Positions 28,635-38,892 of a DNA stretch of 64,000 nt are shown piece by piece. The first letter of the stretch is position 1; each line of letters opens with the position of its first letter. The position numbers and the translations under genes are program-made. Source of the DNA: Thermoanaerobaculia bacterium. Lineage in GTDB: Bacteria > Acidobacteriota > Thermoanaerobaculia > Multivoradales > Multivoraceae. The stretch spans positions 3,360,001 through 3,424,000 of the forward strand of contig OY761158.1 of assembly GCA_963664405.1 (NCBI GenBank), read 5' to 3'. Under the pieces are notes generated by a model. It made no database searches. It was not told the origin of the DNA and saw only the letters and a list, made by a program, of their open reading frames with translations.

Positions 28635-30372
28635 GTTTTCGCACCCGTCTGCTTCTTACCTTCGTCGGGCTGGTCTCGCTGCCGATCGCTTTCCTTGCCA
28701 TCGGAGTGCGCACCGAGATGACTCGGCGGGTGAGTAGGGAGTACGAGGAGCGCGTCCGCTCGCTGGCGACGCTCATCGCCGCGGACCTCGAGCGACAAGG
28801 AGATGCGATCGCCACTCGCCTGGCCACCCTCGAAAGTGCCCTGCGCAACGACAACCGATTTCGACTCGCCGCCATCGCCGGCGACAACACCGAGCGGCCC
28901 TACCTCTTGGACTGGGCCAAGCCTGCGATGGAGCTAGCCGGCCTGTCCTTGCTCAAGCTTCACGACCAAGAAGGTCGGGTCTTGAGCTCTGGCAGTTTTC
29001 GTAATGACTATGGTCGACTCGAGCCCGCTTTCCCTGCATCACTCGCAGAACTTGGAGACCAGCCTGCCCTTATCCAAGCACGAGCGCCCGAGGGGTCGTA
29101 TCTTGCTCTCGTCCGTAGCGAGACCTTCGCGATTGGAGAAAGGGAGTTTTCCCTGGCAGGCGGCGTCACGGTCGACCGGCGATTCCTTGTCCGGCTCGCA
29201 GGCGGTGGCGGACTCCAGGTGTCCCTGCTGTTTCCCGGTGGCGGTTTCTCCTCCGATGCCGCGATTGACCAGCGTCTCTCCGCCCAGGCTACTCCCTTCG
29301 CAGATCGCATCGTCGACGAGCTCGAGCTCCCTATCGTCCAAACCGTCTCCGACGGAGGAAGCGAGACTTCGGTCGCAAGAATCGTAGTAACCCAGACCCT
29401 CGACTCGCTGGTGCCCTCGAGCACAGCGTCGCGACTTGGTTCTTCAGAGCGGTCGCACTGATCGGAGCTCTCACTCTACTGGTGGCCGCCCTTCTAACCT
29501 CCCTTATCAGCCGCCCCCTGTCGACCCTCGCTCGCAAGACCGCGGATCTCGACCTGGATCATCTCGACCTGGACTTCTCCAGCACCAGAAAGGACGAGCT
29601 CGGCGCGCTGTCTCGTATGCTGGCCTCAATGACGACAAGATTGGGAGCGAGCGCGACCCAGCTCCGCGCCGCCGAGCGCCGCGCCGCCGTCGGTGATCTA
29701 GCCAGGCAGGTCAACCATGACATCAAGAACGCACTCACTCCACTACGCAATGTCGTGCGTCATATGACCGAAGTCGCCAGTCGCGATCCCGACCAGCTCG
29801 CCGGCGTCCTGGCCGACCGTCAAGCGACCCTCGACTCGAGCATGGACTACTTGCAGACCCTGGCCGGCCGCTATGCCCGCCTTTCACCGACCGCACAAAA
29901 AGTGCGCTGCGATGTCAACGTTCTCATCGAGCAGATCGTGCGAGATACGGCGTGCCAAGACGGAGTCGACTTGCGAACCAAGCTCGAGCCAGTGCCGCGG
30001 GTTTTGGCCGATCCACTCTCGCTGCGCCGCATCCTCGAGAACCTGATCGCCAACGCCGTCGAGAGTCTCGACCAGGAACCTCGCCGAATTACCGTCGCCT
30101 CTTCGTCGGTCGATCACCAGATCGACGGCGAGCAGATCCGCATCGCGGTCACGGATACCGGGCGTGGTATGTCAGCAGAGGAGCGGAGGCGAATCTTCGA
30201 CGATTTCTTCACCACCAAAGATCAAGGTACAGGCCTGGGATTGTCTATTGTGCGACGCCTCGTCCTCGACCTCGGCGGGACCCTGCGGGTCGAGAGCCAA
30301 CCCGGTCGAGGATCGTGCTTCGTAGTCGAGGTGCCGGGGATCCGTCCAGATGGCCGAGGTGAGACCAGATGA
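28631..30372 (+). CDS. HAMP sensor histidine kinase, split by a 1-nt frameshift near 29411
   Basis: TM + periplasmic domain in 28631-29461; TM2, HAMP, H-box NHDIKNALTP, N/G boxes (DTGRGM, FFTTK, GTGLGL) in the next frame. Confidence 0.85.
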
Positions 30373-31754
30373 AGACTGTACTCGTGGTCGACGATATGCG
30401 GGCCTTGGCCGAGCAATACAGCTACGACCTCAAGAGAGTCGGCGGCTTCGAGACCCTGATCGCCGGCGGTGGCCAAGAAGCCATAGAGCTCGCCTCCCGA
30501 GAAGCCGTCGACTGCATCGTTCTCGACCTCGAAATGCCAGGTGTCGACGGCTTCGACGTTCTGCGACATCTACGCGACGAGAAGATCGAGACGCCGGTTA
30601 TCGTATACACGGGCACCGCCAGCTACGACCGCTGTGCGCAAGCCGTGCGTCTCGGCGCCTACAGCTTCATCGACAAAGCCGAGCCGATGGAGCGCGTAGT
30701 CCAAGAGATCCGCAACGCGCTAGAGAGCGGTCGGCTGGTTTCCGCAGTGCGCTCTCTGGAGATCAGATTGGATGCGGAGTCTTCACTGGTCGGCACCAGT
30801 GCGGCGATGCTGGAGCTCAGGCAGGCAATGGCCAGGGTCGCGCCGATCCCCAGCCAGGTTCTGATCGTCGGCGAGAGCGGATCCGGCAAAGAGTTGGTGG
30901 CTCGAGATCTCCATCGCATCAGCGCCCCCCCGCGAGCGCCGTTCGTCGCTCTCAACTGCGCAGCCCTTCAGGAGAATCTGATCGACAGTGAGCTCTTCGG
31001 CCATGAACACGGCGCCTTCACCGGCGCCAACCGCCTGCGCAAGGGCGCGTTTGAGCTGGCCGGGCACGGCACTCTCTTTCTCGATGAAATTGGCGAGCTA
31101 CCGCTGCCATCTCAAGCCAAGCTATTGCGGGTCATCGAAGAACGACGGCTACTCCGTGTCGGCGGGAGCCGTGAAGTCTCTGTGGAAACTCGGGTCCTGG
31201 CTGCGACCAACCGCGATCTCGAAGCCGAGATCGAAGCAGGCCGCTTTCGCCAAGACCTCTATTACCGTCTCGCGGTCCACGTTCTCGAGCTACCGCCGCT
31301 GCGCGAACGCCTCAGTGACATTCCCCAGCTGGTCGAGCATCTGCTGGCCGCGATCTGCGACCGCTTCGGCATCCGTCAACGAACCGTCGACGCCCGAGCT
31401 ATCGAGGCACTACAGGCCTACGACTGGGCAAAGAACAACGTGCGCGAGCTTCGGAACATCCTCGAGCGGATGGTCATCGCCACTGATGACAGCGTGCTCG
31501 GGCTATCGAGCGTACCCCCGGAGATCCTCCACCCCTCACCAGGACGCTCAGCGCGGAGCTCCGAGGACGGCGAGCAGACGTTCAGGTCGCTCAAGGCCGA
31601 AGCGGAGAGACGCATTCTCCTCAGAGCCCTCCGGCAGCACAATTGGCACATCACTAAAACGGCTCACGCACTCGGACTCGCTGACCACTCGAGCCTGCTC
31701 AAGATCATGAAGCGCCACGGCCTGCGTTCGAGTGGACACACTCCGACGCCCTAG
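30369..31754 (+). CDS. NtrC-family sigma54-dependent response regulator
   Basis: Receiver domain, [30 protein letters not shown]-terminal HTH. Confidence 0.95.
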   Translation: MKTVLVVDDMRALAEQYSYDLKRVGGFETLIAGGGQEAIELASREAVDCIVLDLEMPGVDGFDVLRHLRDEKIETPVIVYTGTASYDRCAQAVRLGAYSFIDKAEPMERVVQEIRNALESGRLVSAVRSLEIRLDAESSLVGTSAAMLELRQAMARVAPIPSQVLIVGESGSGKELVARDLHRISAPPRAPFVALNCAALQENLIDSELFGHEHGAFTGANRLRKGAFELAGHGTLFLDEIGELPLPSQAKLLRVIEERRLLRVGGSREVSVETRVLAATNRDLEAEIEAGRFRQDLYYRLAVHVLELPPLRERLSDIPQLVEHLLAAICDRFGIRQRTVDARAIEALQAYDWAKNNVRELRNILERMVIATDDSVLGLSSVPPEILHPSPGRSARSSEDGEQTFRSLKAEAERRILLRALRQHNWHITKTAHALGLADHSSLLKIMKRHGLRSSGHTPTP

Positions 31755-31756
31755 TC

Positions 31757-31772
31757 GTGTGCGCTCGCACAC
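31757..31772. promoter_or_regulatory. palindrome GTGTG-N6-CACAC, candidate UAS
   Basis: Resembles the 27066 palindrome; ~105-120 bp upstream of the -24 box. Confidence 0.45.
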
Positions 31773-31874
31773 GAACTGACGGAAATGAGGGGCCAGCTAC
31801 GGGGCCGGCCTCAGCGCCATAACTCCCTGAGAAAAAACGCGGTTGCGGTCGTAGGCTCGAGCGATCCCTGCACT

Positions 31875-31890
31875 CGGCAGGCCTCTTGCG
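31875..31890 (+). promoter_or_regulatory. sigma54 -24/-12 promoter
   Basis: CGGCAGGCCTCTTGCG: GG-N10-GC with TTGC. Confidence 0.65.
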
Positions 31891-31954
31891 ATGGAGAGGT
31901 CATACGCGTGTCCGCCTGTCGCGGTGCACCGAGTCCAACGGAGGATCGAAGAAA

Positions 31955-33082
31955 ATGAAGCTGGAAAACAAACACTCTCATCATCGCGTCGGCTTCCTCG
32001 CCCTAGTCTGCATCGTTGCCTGGGTGGCCGGCTGCGACCGCGCCGAAAGCTGGGAAGCGCGTCGCAATCAGCTCGTACCGAGCCGTTCACGTCACTCGGT
32101 CCGCATGCCAACGGTGCACAATCGCCGGGCCCTGGTAACCGCGTCGATGTCACAGCAGTCGCCCGCACCACCAACTCCGATCCGGCTAGAGGCTGAGAAG
32201 GTTCCAGAGCCTGAGCACGACCGTTCGGCGGCGTCCTCTCTCGGCGCAGAGGTGGCGAAACCGAGCTACCCCTCGGCCGAGGCCGCCTACCGCGACAAGA
32301 ACTGGGAGCGCGCGACACAGCTCTATCGCAATCGAACGGAGCGATCTCCAAACCTCGGCTGGAATCACTACATGCTTGGACTATCGGCGTGGAGAGCCGG
32401 ACTCCTGGCAGAATCGCAGTCGGCCTTCGCACGAGTCCTGGAATTGGACCCGAACCACACCAAGAGCATGCTCAATCTGAGCCGCGTGCTACTCGAGGAT
32501 GGGCGACCGCACAACGCCTTGCGCTACGTTGAAGGCGCTCTGGCCAACAACCCCAAGTCCAGCGTGGCGTATCGAGTCCTCGGCGAAGTCCACGAAGCTC
32601 TCGGCAGCGACCAGCGGGCGATCAATTCCTATCGCAAGGCGCTGGCGCTTCACGACCAGGACGTCTGGGCAATGAATCGGCTAGGGATGGTGCTGAGCCG
32701 CGAGGGTCGCCACCAGGAGGCACTGCCGCCTCTCGCGCGAGCTGTCGAGCTAAGACGGGACGTGGCCTCTCTGCAGATCGATCTCGGTCTCGCGTTGGAG
32801 CGGGACGGTCACTACTACTCCGCGGGGTCACGCTACAAGGCGGCGCTGGCGATCGACCGGACGAATGAGGTCGCCGCGCTCGGGGTCGCTCGAGTAAAGC
32901 AGCTGAACGAGCCGCCTGGACCCCGATGGGTGGACCTCGGGATGCTTGCAAAGAAATTCGTCGACGGCCTCGAGGAAGAACGGAGCGCGCTAGCGACGGA
33001 GAACGTCTCCGGTCCGGAGGGCGCTGTCGCCGACGGGGATCGAAGTGGAGACACCGACTCGATCTCGCAAGGCGGTTCCTAG
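31955..33082 (+). CDS. TPR repeat (lipo)protein
   Basis: Hydrophobic leader with VAGC, followed by ~6 TPR motifs. Confidence 0.85.
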   Translation: MKLENKHSHHRVGFLALVCIVAWVAGCDRAESWEARRNQLVPSRSRHSVRMPTVHNRRALVTASMSQQSPAPPTPIRLEAEKVPEPEHDRSAASSLGAEVAKPSYPSAEAAYRDKNWERATQLYRNRTERSPNLGWNHYMLGLSAWRAGLLAESQSAFARVLELDPNHTKSMLNLSRVLLEDGRPHNALRYVEGALANNPKSSVAYRVLGEVHEALGSDQRAINSYRKALALHDQDVWAMNRLGMVLSREGRHQEALPPLARAVELRRDVASLQIDLGLALERDGHYYSAGSRYKAALAIDRTNEVAALGVARVKQLNEPPGPRWVDLGMLAKKFVDGLEEERSALATENVSGPEGAVADGDRSGDTDSISQGGS

Positions 33083-33224
33083 GAGCGTGTCCGAGTATTC
33101 ATCCTGAGCCGTTTCCGTGAGCGAATAGGAAGCAACGCCCAAGTGCGCCGTCCTCGGCGCCAAGAGACAACTAGGCGGGGCGCGCCCAGCGGAGGAAATG
33201 ATAGCCATCATTTCTGGAGCCTAG
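33079..33224. repeat. CTAG-bounded repeat unit B, intact (empty IS target)
   Basis: Equals 5431-5442 plus 6921-7040 joined; begins at the TPR gene TAG. Confidence 0.9.
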
Positions 33225-33253
33225 GCCCGAGCTCAGGAGCTGAGCCGAGAGAG

Positions 33254-34228
33254 CTATTCGCTTTTTGGAACGAGCTGCTGCTGGGGTCCTCGCCAACGCC
33301 GCAGCGCAAACACCGTACCGTCCTCTTGCCTCTCGAAGCGAAAGATGACAACACCCGGATCGCCGACCCGATAGAACGTCGTCTCGGTGAGCCCGACCAG
33401 TTCAGACTCCCAGATGCCGCCATTGGTCTTACGCTCGACGATAAAGAGGTGCCCTCGATCCTCGTGTACTACAAGCTCGATAGGCTCGATCTCGTAGCGG
33501 CCTGAGTACTCCTCCAAGAGAGCGGCCGGCAGGTGGACGAGGGGAAGGGGCGCGACTCCCGCAGCGAAGAGCTGTTGTTTGATGACTTCGAAGTGGTAGG
33601 CGGTCGCCACCAGAAGCGGAGTTCTACCTGCATCGTCGCCAAGCTCCGGATCCACTCCACTGTCGAGAAGAAGCTGTACCAGCCCCTGATCGCCTAAGGT
33701 GATCGCCTCGAACAGAGCCGTGCGGCCACGGCCATCCCGGCTGTTCACGTTCGCTCCGCCATCGATCAGCAGTTTCGCCGTCGTCTCGTCTTTGACTAGA
33801 TTGAGTGCAGGGGTGCCCCCTTTTCCCCCCCGGCCGTTGGGGTCGGCTCCGGCGCCAAGAAGCAGAGCTGCAGCCTCGTCGTGGCCATTTATGACGGCTC
33901 CAAATAGAGGCGAAACACCTCCGCGGCCCATATCGACGTCTACGCCGGCCTCGAGAAGCATCTCGACGATCTCCAACTGGCCATTGGCTGCGGCAGTACT
34001 CAGCGCCCGTCCCTCGCCGGCATCCGGGTCCATACCGGCGGCCAGATACAAGCGGAGATCGGCCTCATCGCCCGCCGTTGCCCGCTCTATGAAGGCGTCT
34101 TCGGTGAAGGGGAGGTCGAGTCTCCGGAGACGGTCCCGCGCCTCCTCGGGTTCGAGATCTGACAGCTGCGGTGATCCACAGGCTCCGAGCAGCACAACAA
34201 GCGCGGCGGGCGCGATTCGAGCTGCCAT
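33254..34228 (-). CDS. ankyrin repeat lipoprotein
   Basis: LGAC lipobox, ankyrin repeats (GRTALFEA, GRTPLLVA), C-terminal LEEYSGRY domain. Confidence 0.87.
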   Translation of the reverse strand: MAARIAPAALVVLLGACGSPQLSDLEPEEARDRLRRLDLPFTEDAFIERATAGDEADLRLYLAAGMDPDAGEGRALSTAAANGQLEIVEMLLEAGVDVDMGRGGVSPLFGAVINGHDEAAALLLGAGADPNGRGGKGGTPALNLVKDETTAKLLIDGGANVNSRDGRGRTALFEAITLGDQGLVQLLLDSGVDPELGDDAGRTPLLVATAYHFEVIKQQLFAAGVAPLPLVHLPAALLEEYSGRYEIEPIELVVHEDRGHLFIVERKTNGGIWESELVGLTETTFYRVGDPGVVIFRFERQEDGTVFALRRWRGPQQQLVPKSE

Positions 34229-34241
34229 GGCGTTCTCAGGC

Positions 34242-35318
34242 TCAATCGCCGGCTTGGCGATCGAATGCCTTTTGAATCGCCGCGGTGTAGGGCGGGCGCA
34301 AGACTCCTACTTCGGTGATGATGGCTCCGACCAGCTCTGCTGGCGTAACGTCGAACGCCAGATTGAGTGCGGCAGTTTCGTCGGGTGCGATTCTGGAACC
34401 GAAGACATCTACCACTTCGCCCTCGCTCCGCTCCTCGATGGGAATGGAGTCCCCGGAGCAAGTCGCCAGGTCTATCGTCGACAGAGGAGCCGCCACATAA
34501 AACGGAACTCCATGGCGGTGGGCCAGCACGGCGACGGTATAAGTACCGATCTTGTTGGCGACGTCGCCGTTTGCGGCAATCCGATCAGCACCGACGACGA
34601 TGCGATCAACTCGACCCCTCGCCATTACAAACCCCGCCGAGCTGTCCGTGATCAAACGGAAGGGAATACCAAGGCGCTTGAGCTCCCAGGTAGTGAGCCG
34701 CGCACCCTGGAGTAGGGGCCGGGTCTCGTCGACCCAAACCGACCCAAGACACCCCGCCTCCCAGCTCGCCTGGATCACCCCTACCGCGGTGCCGAAACCC
34801 CCAGTCGCGAGCGCGCCGGCATTGCAGTGAGTGAGAACGCGGTCACCCTCGGCAAACAGAGCCTTACCGTGATGACCGATGCGGATATTGGTCTCGATGT
34901 CCTCGCGATGAAGCTGCTCAGCCCACTCTCTCAGAGCATGACGAATCTCGGCCGCGGTCTTCTCTTCGGACATCGCGATCGAGAAGACCCGCTTGCCGCG
35001 CTCCAGCGCCCAACCCAAGTTCACCGCAGTCGGGCGAGTCGAAAGTAGAAGCTCACAGGTTGCCTCGAACGCCGCTATGAGGGCATCTCGATCCGTCTCC
35101 CGAGGATCGACGCCAAGAACCAAGCCAAACGCCGTGGCTACGCCGATGGCAGGGGCCCCGCGAATCGAAAGCCGCCGGATCGCCGAAGCGACGTCAGCTG
35201 GACTACGGCATGTCAGCCACTCCTCAACCATTGGAAGCCGCGTCTGATCCAAGAGCACAAGGGCATCGGCTTCCCAGCGTAGGGGCGAGAAAACGTTGGG
35301 CTCGGCTACGCTGCTCAT
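34242..35318 (-). CDS. mtnA: methylthioribose-1-phosphate isomerase
   Basis: LDQTRLP, RGAPAIG, RPTAVNL, THCNAGALAT, ETRPLLQGARLT, GADRIAANGDVANKIGT. Confidence 0.96.
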   Translation of the reverse strand: MSSVAEPNVFSPLRWEADALVLLDQTRLPMVEEWLTCRSPADVASAIRRLSIRGAPAIGVATAFGLVLGVDPRETDRDALIAAFEATCELLLSTRPTAVNLGWALERGKRVFSIAMSEEKTAAEIRHALREWAEQLHREDIETNIRIGHHGKALFAEGDRVLTHCNAGALATGGFGTAVGVIQASWEAGCLGSVWVDETRPLLQGARLTTWELKRLGIPFRLITDSSAGFVMARGRVDRIVVGADRIAANGDVANKIGTYTVAVLAHRHGVPFYVAAPLSTIDLATCSGDSIPIEERSEGEVVDVFGSRIAPDETAALNLAFDVTPAELVGAIITEVGVLRPPYTAAIQKAFDRQAGD

Positions 35319-35366
35319 TTCGTTTCCGATACTCTATCGCTCCCTGAAACCTAGGCGGAGAAAGCT

Positions 35367-36515
35367 ATGAGATTCGACACAAAGTGCGTGCACGCTGGAG
35401 TCAGTCCCGACGCGACCACCGGCGCGATCGTGCCTCCCATCTACCAAACTGCTACCTACGTTCTGCCGGAAGTCGGTCGGGATCTCGGATTTGACTACAC
35501 CAGAAGCTCGAACCCCACGCGTTCGATCATGGAGCACCTGCTGGCGGAGCTCGACGGCCTGGAGTACGGTCGCGCCTTCGCGAGCGGGATGAGCGCGGTA
35601 GACGCTGTCCTGCGAACGCTTCGAGCAGGCGACCACGTCGTCTGTAGCGACGATGTTTACGGTGGCGTAAGCAGGCTTTTCAATCGCGTTCTGTCCAACT
35701 TCGAGTTGGAGTTCAGCTACGTCGACACGAGTGAGCCCGCGGCTGTCGAGGAAGCCATCCGTCCAAATACCCGCATGGTCTGGGTCGAGACTCCGACAAA
35801 CCCCCTGCTCAAAGTGAGTGATATCGAAGCGCTCGCCGAGATCGCCCATGCGCGAGGTGTGCTCCTCGGCGTCGACTCCACGTTCGCGACGCCTTACCAT
35901 CTGCAGCCGGCGAAGTTCGGAGCCGACCTGGTGATGCACTCCACCACCAAATACCTCTCTGGGCACAACCTCATCATTGGCGGCATTCTCTGTACCGACA
36001 ACGAGGAGCTCGCCGCGAAGCTTCACTTCATGCAGAAAACCATCGGCGCTGTCCCCTCACCCTTCGACTGTTGGCTGGTGATCGAAGGAGTAAAGACGCT
36101 CGGTCTGCGAATGCGGCGCCACAGCTCCAATGGCATGGCGATAGCGAGTCTCCTCGAGGATCATCCCAAAGTGTCGAGGGTCTCCTACCCCGGACTCCCC
36201 AGCCATCCGCAGCACGAGATCGCGGCCCGGCAGATGGAGAACGGCTTCAGCGGCATGATCTCCTTCGAGCTCGAAGGTGGAACTGAAGCGGGGAAAGAGC
36301 TGATGAACACCGTCAGCCTCTGCGCCTTGGCAGAGAGCCTCGGCTCAGTGGAGACGATGATCACCCATCCGGCAAGCATGACCCACGCCGACGTCCCTGC
36401 GCAAGAGCGCAGAGCGCGCGGATTGAGTGACGGGCTAGTGCGTATCTCGGTGGGAATCGAAGATCTCGAAGACATTCAGGCTGACCTCGCCCAGGCGCTC
36501 GACGCGCTCGATTGA
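35367..36515 (+). CDS. metB: cystathionine gamma-synthase/lyase family PLP enzyme
   Basis: YTRSSNPTR, FASGMSA, ETPTNP, HSTTKYLSGH, LAESLG; synthase vs lyase not resolvable from sequence. Confidence 0.85.
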   Translation: MRFDTKCVHAGVSPDATTGAIVPPIYQTATYVLPEVGRDLGFDYTRSSNPTRSIMEHLLAELDGLEYGRAFASGMSAVDAVLRTLRAGDHVVCSDDVYGGVSRLFNRVLSNFELEFSYVDTSEPAAVEEAIRPNTRMVWVETPTNPLLKVSDIEALAEIAHARGVLLGVDSTFATPYHLQPAKFGADLVMHSTTKYLSGHNLIIGGILCTDNEELAAKLHFMQKTIGAVPSPFDCWLVIEGVKTLGLRMRRHSSNGMAIASLLEDHPKVSRVSYPGLPSHPQHEIAARQMENGFSGMISFELEGGTEAGKELMNTVSLCALAESLGSVETMITHPASMTHADVPAQERRARGLSDGLVRISVGIEDLEDIQADLAQALDALD

Positions 36516-36549
36516 CCCCGTGGAGGCGAGTCGGGCGGCGCTATATCCC

Positions 36550-36715
36550 CTAGGCCAGCGTTTCTAAAGTTCGTGCTGCATAGCTCGAGGTCATTCTGTT
36601 CGCTGGCTAGGCGCGCTGACGCAGGCATATTAGGCAATATGTCGAGGAAGCGAAACGACGCCAGCGGGCAGAAGGGCCCGAGATATGTGCGCGAACCTTA
36701 GAAACGCTGGCCTAG
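36550..36715. mobile_element. 166-bp MITE-like palindromic element C
   Basis: Terminal IR CTAGGCCAGCGTTTCTAA/TTAGAAACGCTGGCCTAG; half copy at 43623-43683; core shared with 60796-60961. Confidence 0.85.
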
Positions 36716-37353
36716 TTCGACCGCCACTTTTCGCTGTCGTGGTCGAATCGCATTACCCTCACCCGCCCGGTCCGGTTCGAGACCCGGACGGCGAATAACT
36801 CTCTCCGGCCGTCGGTAAGATAGAGGGTGCCAGGTGTCGCCCCACCTTCGGAGCTGAAAGACGCGATATCCGAGCGATTGAAACGGATGGGATCGTCGAG
36901 GCGGTCAAGGAGTCTCCCACTCGTGGGATGTGGCAGCGGCCCCCCGGGCGGGAACCCGAACCCCACTCCCCTACCGAGAGCGGTCAGCCGCCGTGGCGGC
37001 TGGGCAGGGGGGTCGACTCCCGAGTCGATGTCTCTTGTTCTCACGCCGTCACCGTCACCGTCACGATAGAGAGTGAAGGTCACCACGCCGTCTTCGAGGG
37101 TTCGAAACTTGGCGCCGACGTTGGCGCTGTGTCGAAGTGCGTAGATGCGCGACAGCCTGAGAGTAGTCGCCAGCTCGGCTGCGGCAAGCCTTACCCGGGC
37201 TCGGGAGGTCGTGCGAAAGAGGGAAGGCGCACCAACGACCCAGATCATTCCGACGACCGCGAGAGAGACCAGCAGCTGCACAAGCGAGAAACCGAGCTGG
37301 CGGCGGCCACGGCCGGAAAACGGGACTTCGACCCGCTCTCCGGCCCAGACCAA
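36712..37353 (-). CDS. GspH/FimT family prepilin-like protein
   Basis: RRQLG|FSLVQLLVSLAVVG prepilin motif; TPGTLYL..GRVRV C-terminus; start uncertain. Confidence 0.8.
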   Translation of the reverse strand: MVWAGERVEVPFSGRGRRQLGFSLVQLLVSLAVVGMIWVVGAPSLFRTTSRARVRLAAAELATTLRLSRIYALRHSANVGAKFRTLEDGVVTFTLYRDGDGDGVRTRDIDSGVDPPAQPPRRLTALGRGVGFGFPPGGPLPHPTSGRLLDRLDDPIRFNRSDIASFSSEGGATPGTLYLTDGRRELFAVRVSNRTGRVRVMRFDHDSEKWRSN

Positions 37354-37381
37354 CCTAGGAACGGCTCGCCTGCTGAGCAGG

Positions 37382-37717
37382 CTAGTCCTCCTCTCGGTCG
37401 GGGGATGGGTTGGCTCTGACCTTTTCCTTCAAGGTCGTCTCGCCCGTGACCACGACAAAGGGCTCGATGTCATCGAACGTTCGATCTCCGATGCCGCGAA
37501 CGAGAATGAGCTCCTCGCTGCTCTTGAAGCCCTCGTTCGCGCCGCGAAAATCGATGATTCTCTTAGCGAGCGCTGGTCCAACTCCCGGCAGCAACGCGAG
37601 CTGCTGTTCGGTCGCGGTGTTGATATTCACCACTCCCTCAGCGGCAGAGACTAGGCTCGCCGCCAGAGCCGCGCAAAGAAAGAACAGCGCGACAGGCTTG
37701 AGGTTCAGCTTCTTCAT
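37382..37717 (-). CDS. comEA: ComEA helix-hairpin-helix DNA-binding protein
   Basis: VNINTAT..LALLPGVGPALAKRII..VRGIG; signal peptide; AGGAG RBS. Confidence 0.9.
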   Translation of the reverse strand: MKKLNLKPVALFFLCAALAASLVSAAEGVVNINTATEQQLALLPGVGPALAKRIIDFRGANEGFKSSEELILVRGIGDRTFDDIEPFVVVTGETTLKEKVRANPSPDREED

Positions 37718-37855
37718 AAATCTTGCTCCTCTTGGCTGGTTGTAGGGATACTCGGGGGTGCGAGAGCACCCCCGTTCCTCCGACTGCTTTGTCTTTCGGC
37801 TTACTTCTTCCGGTCAGGCACCTCCTCTCCTCGGGTTGATCATGGTCTTCCTTAC

Positions 37856-37871
37856 TACAAGCACTGTGCCA
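37856..37871 (-). promoter_or_regulatory. putative sigma54 promoter upstream of comEA
   Basis: TGGCACAGTGCTTGTA (-12 is GT, not GC); upstream palindrome GCGCAA-N6-TTGCGC at 37949-37966. Confidence 0.55.
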
Positions 37872-38177
37872 ACCCCGCGTCTTGGAGGCTAAACCTTGTT
37901 AATACAACGGTTTGAGAGAGATTTCCTAGGTTTTCTGGGTCCGCATCGGCGCAAATGATCTTGCGCGAACGCCGGGTCTTCTCGCCCGGGCAAGCAGACT
38001 CGTCAGCGGTGACGCGGGCCTAGCTCAGCGAAAATCTTCTTGGCGACAGCAAGAGTCTTTGCGCCATGGCCGATCGGCTCCGAGTCCCGCTTGAGCTTGC
38101 GGCGGCGAAACAGAGTCGGCTACACTGCCGAGTCGCTAGCATGGGCGGTCTAGCCGCTAGCGCTGCCTACGCCCCTC

Positions 38178-38882
38178 ATGTCGCAAGCCAAACGATCTGT
38201 GTTCCGCGAGTACTTCGAGGCCCTAGTGGTGGCGGGGCTTTTCCTCGGTTTCACTAATACGTTTGTGCTCAAGACGTTCTACATCCCCAGCGGGTCGATG
38301 GAAGACACCCTCCTCATCGGCGATCACCTATTCGTTAATCGCTACCTCTACGGCCCTACTACGACCAAGCTCGAGCAGGCGCTCTTCCCCTCGAGAAAGA
38401 TCCGTCGCGGAGACATCGTCATCTTCCGCTCTCCAGAGACTCCAGAGGTCGACCTGGTCAAGAGGTGCGTAGCGCTGCCTGGTGATGAGGTCGAAGTAAT
38501 CGACAAAGAGCTGTGGATCAACGGTGAGAAGGTAGAAGACTCGAGCTATGCCTCGAGAAGAGACCCTCGAGTCCTCCCCCGACGCTCTCGCTTCAGCAAG
38601 CAGACCATTCCACGCGACAACTACGGACCGCTTACGATCCCTGAGAGCAATTACTTCTGCATGGGCGACAACCGCGACCACTCGCACGACTCGCGTTTTT
38701 GGGGCACCCTTCCAGAGCACTACGTGAAGGGTCGAGCCTTCATGATCTATTGGTCCTACGGCGGCGGCACATCCGACGGCAACTGGTACGGCTGGGGAGA
38801 GCGGCTAAAACAGCTGGGAAAGACGACTCTGGGCTTCGCTACCAAGACTCGCTGGCGGCGCACGCTCAAGATCATCCGTTAG
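38178..38882 (+). CDS. lepB: signal peptidase I
   Basis: IPSGSMEDTLLIGD, LVKRC, GDNRDHSHDSRFWG. Confidence 0.94.
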   Translation: MSQAKRSVFREYFEALVVAGLFLGFTNTFVLKTFYIPSGSMEDTLLIGDHLFVNRYLYGPTTTKLEQALFPSRKIRRGDIVIFRSPETPEVDLVKRCVALPGDEVEVIDKELWINGEKVEDSSYASRRDPRVLPRRSRFSKQTIPRDNYGPLTIPESNYFCMGDNRDHSHDSRFWGTLPEHYVKGRAFMIYWSYGGGTSDGNWYGWGERLKQLGKTTLGFATKTRWRRTLKIIR

Positions 38883-38892
38883 GTGGATAAAG

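Noticed and set aside
26280-29425. Programmed ribosomal frameshifts at the two split genes
   Set aside because: No slippery heptamer or homopolymer tract; single-base indels explain both
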